Positions 48,590 through 60,954 of a DNA stretch of 64,000 nt are shown here, piece after piece. The DNA comes from the human T2T-CHM13v2.0 reference genome, Homo sapiens. The stretch lies in the NCBI RefSeq assembly GCF_009914755.1, contig NC_060935.1. The stretch is one strand, 5' to 3'. Below the pieces are notes generated by a model. It worked only from the letters and a program-made list of their open reading frames with translations. It searched no databases and was not told the DNA's origin. Positions within the stretch are counted from its first letter, which is position 1. The number at the start of each line of letters is the position of its first letter. The position numbers and the translations under genes are program-made.

Positions 48590-50105
48590 TTTACTTTAAA
48601 AAAAGTCGACAGATAAAATTGTATTTATCATGTATGACACATTTTGATACACACACACACACACACACACACTCATTGTGGAATAACAAAATCTAGCCAA
48701 TTCACTTGCATTACTTCACAAAGTTATTGTTTTTGTCGTGATAACATTTAAAATATATTCTCAGTAATTGAAGTAAAATTTACATTCAGCAAAATGTACA
48801 GACCTTAAGTGTACAATCTAATGAGTTTTGACAAATTTATACTTCTGTGAACCAACTTCCCAACAAGATGCAGAATATTTCTATCACTCTGGAAACTTCT
48901 CTTGTGACTTCTTCCAGGCAATCTCCACCCCTCCTCAGGCAGCTACTGATCTAATTTCTATCATCATGAATTAGTTTAACCTGTCCTAAGCTTGTTTAAA
49001 TGAAAGCATGTACTCTTTTTGTATCTGGCTTCTTTCACTTAACATAATATTTTTGGGATTCATCCATATTGTGGGTTATGATTATTTTTATTTAGTGAGT
49101 AGCATTCCAAAATCATGTGTATATGTAAATATACATATACGTGTGTGTGTGTGTGTGTGTGTGTATACACATTTTTTTTTCTTGTGGTGGTGGATATTGG
49201 GTTGATTTCTTTTTTCTTTTTTTTGCTGTTATGAATAGAAGCTGCTAGAAACTTTTACATTCCCATTTTTTTCTACTTTTATTTTAGGTTCTGGGGGTAC
49301 GTGTTGGGGCTTGTTACATAGGTAAATTGCGTGTCACTGAGGCTTGGTATACGAATGATCCCATCACCAAGGTGGTGAGCACAGTGCCCAATAGGTAGCC
49401 TTCCAACCAACACCCCCACCCACCCTCCCCCCTCAAGTAGTCCCTAGTATCTATTGTGCTCATCTTTGTGTCCAACCGTTTTCAATGTTTAGCTCCCACT
49501 TACAATTGAGAACATGTGGTATTTGGTTTTCTGTTCCTGTGTTATTTCACTTCTGATAACAGCCTCCAGCTGCATCCATGTGGCTGCAAAGGACAGGGTT
49601 TCACTACTTTTTTATGGCTGTATAGTATTCCATGGTGTATATGTGCCACAGTTTCTTTATCCAGTCTACCACTGATTGGCATTTTGATTGATTCCATGTC
49701 TTTGCTATTGTGAATAGCTCTGTGATGAACATACAAGTACATGTGTCTTTTTGGTAAAAAGCTTTATTTTCCTTTGGGTATATACCCAATAGTGGGATTG
49801 CTGGGTTGACTGATAGTTTTAAGTTCTTTGAGAATTCTCCAAACTGCTTTCCACAGTGGCTGAACTAATTTACATCCCCACCAACAGTATATAATTGTTC
49901 TCTTTTTTTCTGTAACCTTGCCAGCATCTTTTTATTTGACTTTTTAGTAATAGCCATTTGACTAGTATGAGATAGTATCTCATTGTGGTTTTGATTTGCA
50001 TTTCTGTAATGATTAGTGATGGTGAGCATTTTTTCATGTATTTGTTGGAGACATCTATGTCTTCTTTCAAGAAGTGTCTGTTCATGTCCTTTGCCTGTTT
50101 TTAAA
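48590..50105 (-). mobile_element. Nested L1 3' ends (L1MA, L1MC/ME and an L1PA15/16-like piece at 49265-50105)
   Basis: Several L1 3'UTR signatures; ORF2 C-terminal translations at 49604-50085. Confidence 0.7.
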
Positions 50106-50218
50106 CACATTTCCACTTTTTTAAAAAAGCACATACTGATATTTCATTTTTCACTGCAAAATAAATTTTCACGTGGAGGAATGCGTATAGATATAATTTT
50201 AAAAGAAGGATCTGTGTA

Positions 50219-50518
50219 TTTTTTTTTTTTTTTTTGAGACAGAGTCTTGCTCTGTCAGCCAGGCTGGAGTGCAGTGACATGATCTTGGCTCACTGCAACT
50301 TTCACCCTGCCAGGCTCAAGCAATTCTCCTGCCTCAGCCTCCCAAGTAGCTGGGATTCCAGGTGTGTGCCACCATGCCTGGCTAATTTTTGTATTTTTAG
50401 TAGAGACGGGGTTTCACCATGTTGGCCGGGCCAGTCTTGAACTCCTGACCTCAGGTAATCCACCCGCCTCGGCCTCCCAAAGTGCTGGGATTACAGGGTT
50501 GAGCCACCGCGCCCGGCC
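50219..50518 (-). mobile_element. AluS
   Basis: Reverse Alu with TSD gatctgtg(t/c)att. Confidence 0.92.
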
Positions 50519-51254
50519 AGATCTGTGCATTCTTTCTAATAACAGGATTTAATTATAACTTGAGAAATGAGAGCATAGTCAACGGGTTAATCTTTGCTAG
50601 GTTAGGAAACAAAATCAACCTCTTATGGCACAATTTATAATCTTCTGTGAACAAATACAATTTCATACCAAAAATGTTTAAACAAATTTAGTTTCCTATA
50701 ACAAACATTCATAGATTCATGCTTAACAATGATCTTCCTTAGATTTATGAAACCAAATTATTCAATGTAGAAAAGATTTTGACTGACAGACTTTCACGGA
50801 AACTCAACTTCATGATGACACGGTACAAAATAAATATAGTTTCTACTTAAGTACTTGGGGCTTTTTTGTAATTATTTGCTAATTTTCCTTGTGTTTCTTT
50901 ATAAAGGATAATGCTGAATTCAGTGTTTGCATGCTCAAAAGCAATGTGCCAGATCTTTTCTGAAATCTAAAAATATCTCATTATAGTTTTCTTATCAATC
51001 ATTAGTTGGAACTTGTGGAATCTTGTTTCAACTCTTTCAATCAAGGCTGAGTTACTGATATTTGTGAGTAGCCCTAGTACAGGGCACATTTCATTTTATG
51101 AAGTGCTCTTATGACACTTTTAAACCTTTTATTACAGAAAATTTAAAATATAAACAGGTGTGATCAAAGCAGTGTAATGAACTCCCATGTACTCAACACC
51201 CAATTTCAATGATTATTAATTCAGGACAACTTTTGTTTCACCTAAACCAGAGTA

Positions 51255-51470
51255 TATCAATAGCAGCACTATTTACACATTGAATGAGATAATTCTTTGC
51301 TTGGGGGGACTGTCCTGTGCATTGTAGGGGGTTTCACAGCATCCCTGGCTTCTACCCACTAGATGTAAGCAGCACTCCTTTCCCAGCCAGTTTGTGACAA
51401 TGGAAAATGTTCCCAGACCTTGTCGAATATCCTCTGGGGGCAAAATTGCCCCCAGTAGAGAACCATAACT
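51255..51470. mobile_element. MER20 (hAT-Charlie)
   Basis: gataattctttg...ggactgtcctgtgcattgtagg...gggggcaaaattgcccccagtagagaacca. Confidence 0.85.
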
Positions 51471-51549
51471 CTACTATGGTGAATGATCCATAACTCATCC
51501 ACACCAAAGACACAGAGAAGTGCTAATACAGTTTCCTGACACTTGTGGT

Positions 51550-52450
51550 CTCTATCCCATGGGCCCACTATTCTGAATAGTGTCACTTTATGTAAGGTCA
51601 CACGACTGAGTTCTTGATAAGCAGGGGGGGAGGGGTCGTTCATGAACTTCTGAACAGCCCCAGGCAGAGTAAGTGCAAACATGGGGTGAATTGAATTTGT
51701 TCACAATTCCTACTGATTTCTGAACTTGTTTTCTACAAGGAAGTTTGAGATTTTCCTACAAGTGTGAGTTGTTTTCTGCAAGTTATTTCCTACAAGTAAT
51801 TTGAGGTCCTAATCAGGTGGTCTGCCTGATTAGGAAGGGGAAAGGGTGAGGCTCTCTGGGGAACGAACTTCTCTCACCTGATCACTTACCTCCTCCCCCG
51901 GTGTCTTTTAAGCAGTATGAACTCAGGGCTGAGCTGCCAGGCTTTAAGTTTTTTGTGGAACACCTTGGGGGGCAAGTCTACTTTGCTCGTTTTAAATTAG
52001 GTATAATTGAAACCCCAGTGGCTTAGCATTTCTCAGCATTTCCAAGCCTGAGGGTGCAGGGGAGCAGATCCTCTCCGTTTTGGAACTCCAGTGAGGCAGC
52101 AGCTCTGGCTGATAGTGTGGCCATTTGTAATGCTTCTTGATTGGCTAACTGGGAAACCTGTGTGAGCCTAGGGCCATTCTCAGGGTGTTATTTACCTCTC
52201 CGGGGTTAGACAGAACAGGCAACTGGTGAGAACAGCAAAGCCACAGAAACACTGGGGTGAGTTTTGTTTGTGACCATGGGTTTCTTTTGTACTAATGATT
52301 GATTCCACCTTGAAAGTAGAGAGAATGGTTCCAGGAAGTGTATAGCACATTACAAAGGGCTTTCGCCTCCATCTGGTCTTTGAGACAAACACAAGTGCTA
52401 GGCTCTGGGATTCAGAGATGAAGAAGGCGTGGTGTTAGTCCTTGGGGAAC
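51550..52450 (+). promoter_or_regulatory. Candidate OR4X2 promoter region
   Basis: Unique sequence 2-3 kb upstream with O/E-like sites tcccatgggc (51555-51564), tctctgggga (~51853) and tccttgggga (52439-52448), plus TAAT cores. Confidence 0.35.
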
Positions 52451-53077
52451 TTTCTTCCTCGATATTTACTGAACACCAACCTACCAAATACTGTGCTAAG
52501 AAGGCTGGGAAGATACATATCCAATATTATTCATCCTATCTACATTCATTGAAGGCTATTGCATGGCTGGCACTGCAGTAAGCATTGGAGGTGGAATGGT
52601 GGGCAACGATCATCTCTGCCGTAAGGAAACCCACACTCCAGTGGGCAGGTGGCCACACAGAAACAATGATAATTCAGTGTGGTAAGTGCCGGGATCCCAA
52701 AATGTCCTGAGAGAAGAGGGGCCCCTGGCAGAGGGGGCCTGTAAACTGTGGAGCTGGCTTGGAGAGGAATCCGGGGCAGGACATAGGACTGGCCCTTAAC
52801 TTATCCTGGGATGGGGCTGGGAGTGGGATTTATGGCACCTACCTGTGAGGCAGGCATTATCTGCATGTTACAGTTTAGACCTTGAGTCTCTGAGAGGTTA
52901 AAGAACTTTCTAGATCTTACACAGACACTCCCTGAAAAATATGACTATAAATCCAGGAGTCCAGACTGTTAGTGCTCTCTTCTGTGAGCAGCTTCTTGGT
53001 AAAGTTCCCCAGCTGATCTGAGATTTTGGGGCTGGCGTCTGTCCTTTCTTTGTTTCTGTAACTATATGTTCTATCAG

Positions 53078-53153
53078 TGATTTCCTTCTGGTTCGTGGTG
53101 GTCTTTAATCACCTGAGATTGTCCCAATCATGGAAGCAAGGAAGCCTTGTGGT
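53078..53153 (+). other. Candidate upstream coding mini-exon of OR4X2 (encodes MEARKPCG)
   Basis: Pyrimidine tract and acceptor ttctatcag (AG 53076-53077); aatcATGg at 53130; donor ggt|GTGAGT at 53154; phase 0 matches the open frame after the acceptor at 54536. Confidence 0.45.
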
Positions 53154-53368
53154 GTGAGTGGAAGTGATCTGGCTCCCAGGCTCAGGTGGCCTGGAGTGTT
53201 ACTGTAGGAGAGGCTATGTGGATATACAAAACCTTAGCCACCTTGGACAGAGTTCAGCATGGACTGGGACAGCCTGCCAATCAGTCCTGAGCAGTCTTGG
53301 TGATGCTCTGAGGTGTTGAAAGCCTGGCCTGTGGAGAAGGATGTGTCAGAGCATGAGGGGGCACTGGG

Positions 53369-53406
<38 letters not shown>
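53369..53406. repeat. (TG)n microsatellite
   Basis: Directly visible. Confidence 0.9.
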
Positions 53407-53409
<3 letters not shown>

Positions 53410-53690
53410 GGGGGTGTTGGACCTTTGTTGCCACTGGAGGATGTGACTGGAGAAAGTGAAAGCCCCAGTAAAGAGGAGAATCATACATGGATTAAGTTGA
53501 GCTGGGCCCTTGGAAGGGGACAAGCTCACCAAGTGACCAAGTGTAGAATGTGAGAATTAGAGGGAGAAGCAGAAATAAGAGGAGATGTTGATTGTCAAAG
53601 GAGGTCCACTAGGGATATCTCTTCTAAAGACTCTGAATGGTATGTGGAGAGGTTGAGGACACTGTTCTGCAAACCAAGGATAGAAAAGAA

Positions 53691-53973
53691 GGCCAGGAGC
53701 AGTGGCTCATGCCTATAATCACAGCACTTCGGGAGGCTGAAGTGGGTGGCTTGCTTGAGCTCAGGAGCTTTAGACCAGCCTGGGCAACATGGTGAAACCC
53801 TATCTCTACAAAAAATATAAAAATTAGCAGAGCATGGTGGCACATGCCTGTAGTCCTAGTTACTCAGGAGGCTGAGGTGGGAGGATCATTTGAGCTGGGG
53901 GAAGTCAAAGCTGCAGTGAGCCAAGATCACACCACTGCACTCCAGCCTGGGTGACAAAGTGAGCCCCTGTCTG

Positions 53974-54003
<30 letters not shown>
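53691..54003 (+). mobile_element. AluJ with ~30-A tail
   Basis: Alu dimer. Confidence 0.9.
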
Positions 54004-54005
<2 letters not shown>

Positions 54006-54593
54006 AGAAGGAAGTGGCATGAAGGAAAGCTGTAGGCACAAGATAATTTAAAACACTCATCTAACATGGAGACAGTAACACTATCCTGGCTGTTCCACAT
54101 CATCCAATGAGGGACTTATTAACTTCCTAATAGAGCTCCTCCTCTAATCTGTTTCCACTGGACAGCCCTTTCCACACTTTAGTTCTACATACTACAGACT
54201 TTGTCTGATCCTGCAGACAATGGGGAATCATCAAGCATGTTCATCAACTAAAAGGAAAAACACTTTGGGACTGCTAGGGTCCTCAAAGGCCCTAACAGTC
54301 CTTCACAAATTGGTACTAATGTCTATCTACAGCTTTATTTTTTTGCTATTCTCCCCTTTATTCCAGCCACACACAAAGCATTTGTACTTGCTCTCTGCCT
54401 TCTTGGAATGCTCTTCCCTTCTACACATAACTAACTCCTACTCACCTTTCAATTTCCAACTCAGAAGCATCTCAGCTATGCAAGGGCTTTCATGTAATTC
54501 ACCCACTGAGTGAAGAAGTCTTTTGTATCATTTCAGATCACACCACCCAAATTGCTGCCTCTTGATGATGACCTCTTGGCTAACATACACAAC

Positions 54594-55505
54594 ATGACTG
54601 AATTCATTTTTCTGGTACTTTCTCCCAACCAGGAGGTGCAGAGGGTTTGCTTTGTGATATTTCTGTTCTTGTAGACAGCAATTGTGCTGGGGAATTTCCT
54701 CATTGTGCTCACTGTCATGACCAGCAGAAGCCTTGGTTCCCCCATGTACTTCTTCCTCAGCTACCTCTCCTTCATGGAGATCTGCTACTCCTCCGCTACA
54801 GCCCCCAAACTCATCTCAGATCTGCTGGCTGAAAGGAAAGTCATATCTTGGTGGGGCTGCATGGCACAGCTTTTCTTCTTGCACTTCTTTGGTGGCACTG
54901 AGATTTTCCTGCTCACTGTGATGGCCTATGACCACTATGTGGCCATCTGCAAGCCCCTCAGCTACACCACCATCATGAACTGGCAGGTGTGTACTGTCCT
55001 TGTAGGAATAGCATGGGTGGGAGGCTTCATGCATTCCTTTGCACAAATCCTTCTCATCTTCCACCTGCTCTTCTGTGGCCCCAATGTGATCAATCACTAT
55101 TTCTGTGACCTAGTTCCCCTTCTCAAACTTGCCTGCTCTGACACCTTCCTCATTGGTCTGCTGATTGTTGCCAATGGAGGCACCCTGTCTGTGATCAGTT
55201 TTGGGGTCCTCTTAGCATCCTATATGGTCATCTTGCTCCATCTGAGAACCTGGAGCTCTGAAGGGTGGTGCAAAGCCCTCTCCACCTGTGGGTCCCATTT
55301 CGCTGTGGTTATCTTGTTCTTTGGGCCCTGCGTCTTCAACTCTCTGAGGCCTTCTACCACTCTGCCCATAGACAAGATGGTGGCTGTGTTCTACACAGTG
55401 ATAACCGCGATCCTGAACCCTGTCATCTACTCTCTGAGAAATGCTGAAATGAGGAAGGCCATGAAGAGGCTGTGGATTAGGACATTGAGACTAAATGAGA
55501 AATAG
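54594..55505 (+). pseudogene. OR4X2: Olfactory receptor 4X2, nonsense (Y27*) allele of a 303-codon OR frame
   Basis: MTEFIFLVLSPNQEVQRVCFVIFLFL then TAG at 54672-54674, then an uninterrupted OR frame (PMYFFL, MAYDHYVAICKPL, HYFCD, KALSTC, LNPVIY) to TAG at 55505. Confidence 0.93.
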
Positions 55506-55899
55506 AGGCTGAGTCTTTGTATTGATGCTTGGGTTTAGAATGACTGTTGAGTCCAAACTGAAGGAGCAGAATAGGTTGAAGGAAAGTTCACAGGACCTGT
55601 TAGTTGCAGATTATTCTACCTGGCCTCTCTCTTTAAAAAGTTCATTTTCATAACTTGAATAGTATTTCTTTTTGTGGAGGTACTAATTTTTTACCACCAT
55701 AAATAACACTGTAGTTAATATTCTTGAATAGACATTTTTAACCATGCTTCTGACTTTCTTTTAGGCTTATTTCCTAGAGTGAATTTAGTGTTAGAGTATA
55801 AAGACTTTTGGTGCACAGTGTTACACTGAGTCACCTATCTTGTGAAAGTGCTCTTGACAGAATAGAATCCTGTCATTAAACACTTTTTTTTGGATAAGA

Positions 55900-57370
55900 A
55901 ATGATTTTACATTGTTTCAAAGTATCTTTCCTTAGGACACCAAGGGGTATTAATTACAGAGAGAAAAATGTAACTTTATAGCCCTTCCCCTCTAAACCAT
56001 TGCCCAAAGTGAGTATCACCAGAAATAAGATCCATTGATGCCATGTGCCTCTTGATATGGTGCACTGGAGAGGCACACAATATCATTATTGTGCTATTCT
56101 TACCAAAAATACACAACCTGAGTCTAATCATAAAAAAACACAAGGAGAGCCCAAAGAAAGAATATTCTGCAAAATTACTGTCCTTAACTCTTCAAATGTG
56201 TAAAGATGAAGAAAGAAGAATTACTCTGGATTAAAGATAGGTGACAAGTAAAGCAACATGTGATCCTGGATTGGATCTTGGATATTAGATAGAGGACATT
56301 TGTGGGGCAAAACTCTGTAGATGAGATAATAAAATTACATGAATGTTAATTTCCTGATTTTGATCATTGTACTGTGCTTGTCTCAAAGAATGTTCTTGGA
56401 TTAGGGAATTGCTTATTGAGATATCTAGAGATGGAGGGACATCATATTGGCAGCTCTCAAACATTTCAGAAAAATTATTATTTTTATTGTATATCTTTAA
56501 GGTGAGCAACATACTGTTTTGATATACCTATACTATACACAAAGAAATTATTAGTCAAGCAAATTAACATACTTATCACTTTGCAGAGTTTGCTTTTTTT
56601 TAATGGTAAGAGTACCTAAAATCTACTCTCAGCAAATTTCCAGGATACAATACCATATTATTTACTATAGTCCTTATGTTGCACGTTAGATCTCTAGACT
56701 TGTTTATTCTATGTAACTACAAGTTTGCATCCTTTGACCTACTTCTCCACACTTCCCCTGTATCAGAAAATTTCTACCCATCTGTTTGTCTACATATCTA
56801 TTTATTGAGAGCATGAAGGATAAAGAAAATGTGGCAAAATACCAATATTTGGGAAATCTGGATTAAGGGAAAACAAGAATTCTTTTTTGGAAGTTTTTGT
56901 AGGTCAAATCATTTTATAACAAAAAGTTAATAATAGGGGAGGGGTGAGGGATGAGAAATTATTTAATGGTTACTGTGTACACTATTTGGGTGATGGCTAC
57001 ACTAAAAATGCAGACTTCACCAGTATATAATATATCCATCTAACAAAACAACATTTGTACCCCCAAATCTATAACAATAAAAATAAAGTTTTGTAAATTA
57101 GAAAGACATCTTACCGTTGTTTAATTTGTGTTTTTAATTTTTTGCAAGCGTGAACGTTTTCATGTTTAATTGGTTTTGAGCCTTATTTACAAAGTTTTCA
57201 ATGTTTCAAAGCTGACATTTCTTTACAGTAAAATCTATCAGTTTTAAGTTTTATATTTTATTTTTCCCCTTTTATTTTTAGTTGACACTTAATAATTGTA
57301 CATATTTATGGGATACAGAGTGATATTTTGACACATGCACACAATGTAAAATGATCCAGGATAATTAGTT
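55900..57370. mobile_element. Cluster of old L1 3'-end fragments (L1MC/L1MA) in both orientations
   Basis: Recognisable L1MC and L1MA 3'UTR motifs, e.g. 56935-57087 on + and 56490-56760 on -. Confidence 0.55.
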
Positions 57371-57617
57371 TTTAAAATGATTTATTCCATTGTTTTTGTG
57401 TTTAGATTATCCTACACCATTAATTAGAGACATATTTTCTTTGAAAAATTACTTAAATTTTTATTTTACTTTTGTGCAAGGGTAATCTTCATTGAGTTTT
57501 AAATAAAATAAAATGAAAAGATACGCAAGTGAAAAGTGTCATTTCATTCCTTTCCCCATTTCTACTTTCCCCCTTTCTCTTTTGGTTTCCTTAGTTTCCT
57601 GTATTTTTTTCAGAGTT

Positions 57618-57906
57618 TCTTTTTTTGAGACAGAGTCTTGCTCTATTGTCCAGGCTGGAGTGCAGTGGCATGATCTCAGCTCACTGCACCCTCTGCCTCC
57701 GAGGTTCAAATGATTCTCCTGCCTCAGCATCTGAGTAGTTGGGACTACTTGCACGAGCCACCATGCCCGGCTACTTTTTGTACTTTTAGTAGAGATGGGG
57801 TTTCGCCATGTTGGCCAGGCTCATCTTGAACTTCTGGCCTCATGTGATTAGCCCAATCCAGGTCTCCCAAAGTGCTGGGATTACAGGCCTGAACCACCTT
57901 GCCCCA
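57618..57906 (-). mobile_element. AluS
   Basis: Reverse Alu with TSD tttcagagtttctt. Confidence 0.9.
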
Positions 57907-58120
57907 CCTCTTTCAGAGTTTCTTTAAGCAAATACAAGTATAATATGTATGTTCTCATTTATTTCTACCTTTTACATGAGTGATCGCATACTATATAAAT
58001 GCATCTGAAACTTATTAACAGTGTATCTGGGAGTTTTAAAATATTTGAACAAGGAAATAGTCTTCATTCTTTTCTTATGGTTTTGTGGTATTCATAAAAT
58101 GAACATACCATTATTTTCTT

Positions 58121-58353
58121 TTTTTTATTTATTCCTTCTAAAAAAAACCCGGGATACATGTGCAGAATGTGCAGGTTGTTTACATAGGTATATGTGTGCT
58201 ATGGTGGTTTGTTGCACCTATTGACCTGCCCTCTAAGTTCCCTCCCCTCACCCCCCACCCCCCAACAGGCCCTGGTGTGTGTTGTTTCCCTCTCTGTGTC
58301 CATGTGTTCTCATTGTTCAACTTCCACATATGAGTGAGAACATGTGGTGTTTG
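58121..58353 (-). mobile_element. Short L1 3' end (L1PA12-like)
   Basis: Perfect 17-bp TSD cataccattattttctt (58104-58120 / 58354-58370). Confidence 0.85.
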
Positions 58354-58507
58354 CATACCATTATTTTCTTAGGTAGTCTTCTACTGATGGGTATTTGGAT
58401 TGTTTTCCAATAGTGTGGCAGCAAATAACCTTAATTTAAATATGTAAAACTAATCTGTAAGTTATATTTCCAAAAATATAACTGCTGGATCAAATGTAAG
58501 TTTTTCA

Positions 58508-59225
58508 AAGCTGGAGATTTCACATGTCCTGATTTTAAAATATATTACAAAGCTATAGTAATTAAAACAGTGTGGTACTGGCATAAAGACAGACATAGAC
58601 CAATGGAATAGAATAGAGAGCCCAGAAACAAATCCACATGTATATGATCCACTGTTTTTTGACAAGGGTGCCAAGAATACACAATGAGGAAAGAACAGTC
58701 TCTTCAGTAAATGGCATTAGGAGAACTGAATATCCACATGCAGAAGAATGAAGTTAGACCCTTATATCACCCCGTACACAAAAATCAACTCAAAATGGTT
58801 TAAAGATTTAAATGTAGAACCTGATACTGTAAAACTCCTAAAAGAAAACATAGGAAACATAGGGGAAAAGCTTTATGATGTTGAGTTTTGTAATGATTTT
58901 ATGGGTTTGACAACAAAAGCATAGGTAACAAAAGCAAAAATAAAAATGCAAGACTATATCAAACAAAAAAGGTGCACAGCAAAAGAAACAATCAACAGAG
59001 TGGAAAGGCAACCTAAGGAATGGAGGAAAATATTTGCAAGCCATATATCTGCAAAGGGCTAATCTCTAAGATATATAAGAAACTCATAAAACTCAATAGC
59101 AAAATAACTAATAGCCTGATTTAAAAATGGGCTAAGAACTTAAATAGACATTTCTCTAGAGAAGATATACAAATGACCAACAGTTATATGAAAAGGTGCT
59201 CAACATCATGAATCATCCAGAAAGT
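58508..59225 (+). mobile_element. L1M ORF2 fragment
   Basis: ORF2 C-terminal sequence (acagtgtggtactggcataaagacagacatagaccaatggaatagaatagagagcccag). Confidence 0.8.
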
Positions 59226-60954
59226 ATGTATTTCTTTGTAATTGGATAGAGATGACCACATTGCCCTTCACAGTAGTCATACCAACTTGTACTCTCACCA
59301 ACAAATTTGTCTTTCCTGCAAAATGTATTGTTAAATTCTGAGATTTTGCTAAACTGATAGATGAAAAATGGGAGCACAGTATAATTTAAATTTATATTTC
59401 TCTTATGTTGAATAACGTTGAAATAATTTTATTTATTTATTTTTTCTCAAACAGGTTCTGACAGATCTTTTCATATATTTAAAGGCCATTTGTAGTTTTT
59501 GTAAACTGTTTCTATTATTTATTCATTTTTGGGTTGTGGTTCTTATTATATTCTAATAATTATTTATATATAAAAATTAGTCCTTTCCAAAGTGAACTGT
59601 AGATTTTTGTCCTGGTCATTGGTCTTTTGACTTTGTTTATGGTTTTTTAACATACAGAAGTCTTTTCTTTTTATGTAAATTATCATTATTTTCCTTTATG
59701 GCTTCTGGAGTATCCAGAGCCACGTTGTTTCTTATTCTGGAAGTTGTACAGAATGTTTTAATATCTGGTGGGCTAGGTCCTTTTTGTTGCTCTACTTTTT
59801 CAAACTTCTGGATATTTTTAAAAATATGTTTGAAGTCAAATGTATATTTTATAAATACTTATAAATGTATTTAGAAAGAATAGACACTATAATGCTATGA
59901 GTTTTCCTATCCAAAACCATGATACATCTTTCCATTTGTTCATGTCTTCTTTTGTGTTCTTCAGCAGAGTTTTAACATTTTTTTCCCTCCACAGGTCATG
60001 CACATTTCAAGTGTTGCCTATTATAGGGAATTGTTTGACATAGGTATAAAAGCCACTGATTCCACATATTATTTTTTTGCTACCTATAACACATGTCAAT
60101 GCAAATAGGCATACAACTGTCATACAGCAAACTCAGTTAAGTCTCCACTCTATCCTTTGGCATTCTGATGAACACCTTGCATAAAAGAGTCATTCCAAAA
60201 TAGTCTGCAGAGTTAGCCAACCATCTAGTTGGATCAGGCAACAGAATCACCAACTGAACTCACAGGACCAAATAGAGCTCTTCTTGAAAGGCATCTGGCT
60301 GTGATGCTTGCTAGAATCATTTTGTAACCTTCTTATTATCGAACATGTAAACATATATCAAAATAGACAGTATAGTATAAAGAATCTCTTTTACCCATAA
60401 CATAATTTCCACAGATAACTCATGGCTGAGCTTGTTTTATTTATATCCGCATCTACCTCTTACCTCATCCCCCATAACATTTTGAAAAAAACTTAGGCAT
60501 TATGTAATTTATTTTGTAAATGTTTCAGAATATATCTTTAAAAGATAATGACTCCTTAAAAATTTATCCAGAATAGTATTATAACTCTAATGGTGAATGG
60601 AATCATATCATTATGAAATGTTCCAGTTATAGTAGCTTTCTGCTTTTAAATATATTTTGTATGATATTATAGCTTCACCAGAGGTCTTTGAGTTTGGATG
60701 GGTAAGTCTTTTTCCATTCTTTAACCTTCAACTTTTCAGTGTCCTTGTGTTTTAGGTGTGTTTCTTGTTAACAGTATAGGTTTGAATTTCATCTAGTATA
60801 TCCATTTTGGTTTAAAATTAGATGATTTATTCCATTCTCATCGAATATAATAACGATAAATTTGCATCTAGACCTACAATCTTACAAACACATTCCAATT
60901 GTTTCATCTGTTCTTATATATTTTGATTTAATCAAACATATTCTGTTTTCCTTT

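Noticed and set aside
54684-55505. 273-aa ORF as an intact OR gene
   Set aside because: It begins at a non-ATG codon (CTG/GTG region) just after the premature TAG and lacks the N-terminus and half of TM1. It is the remainder of OR4X2.
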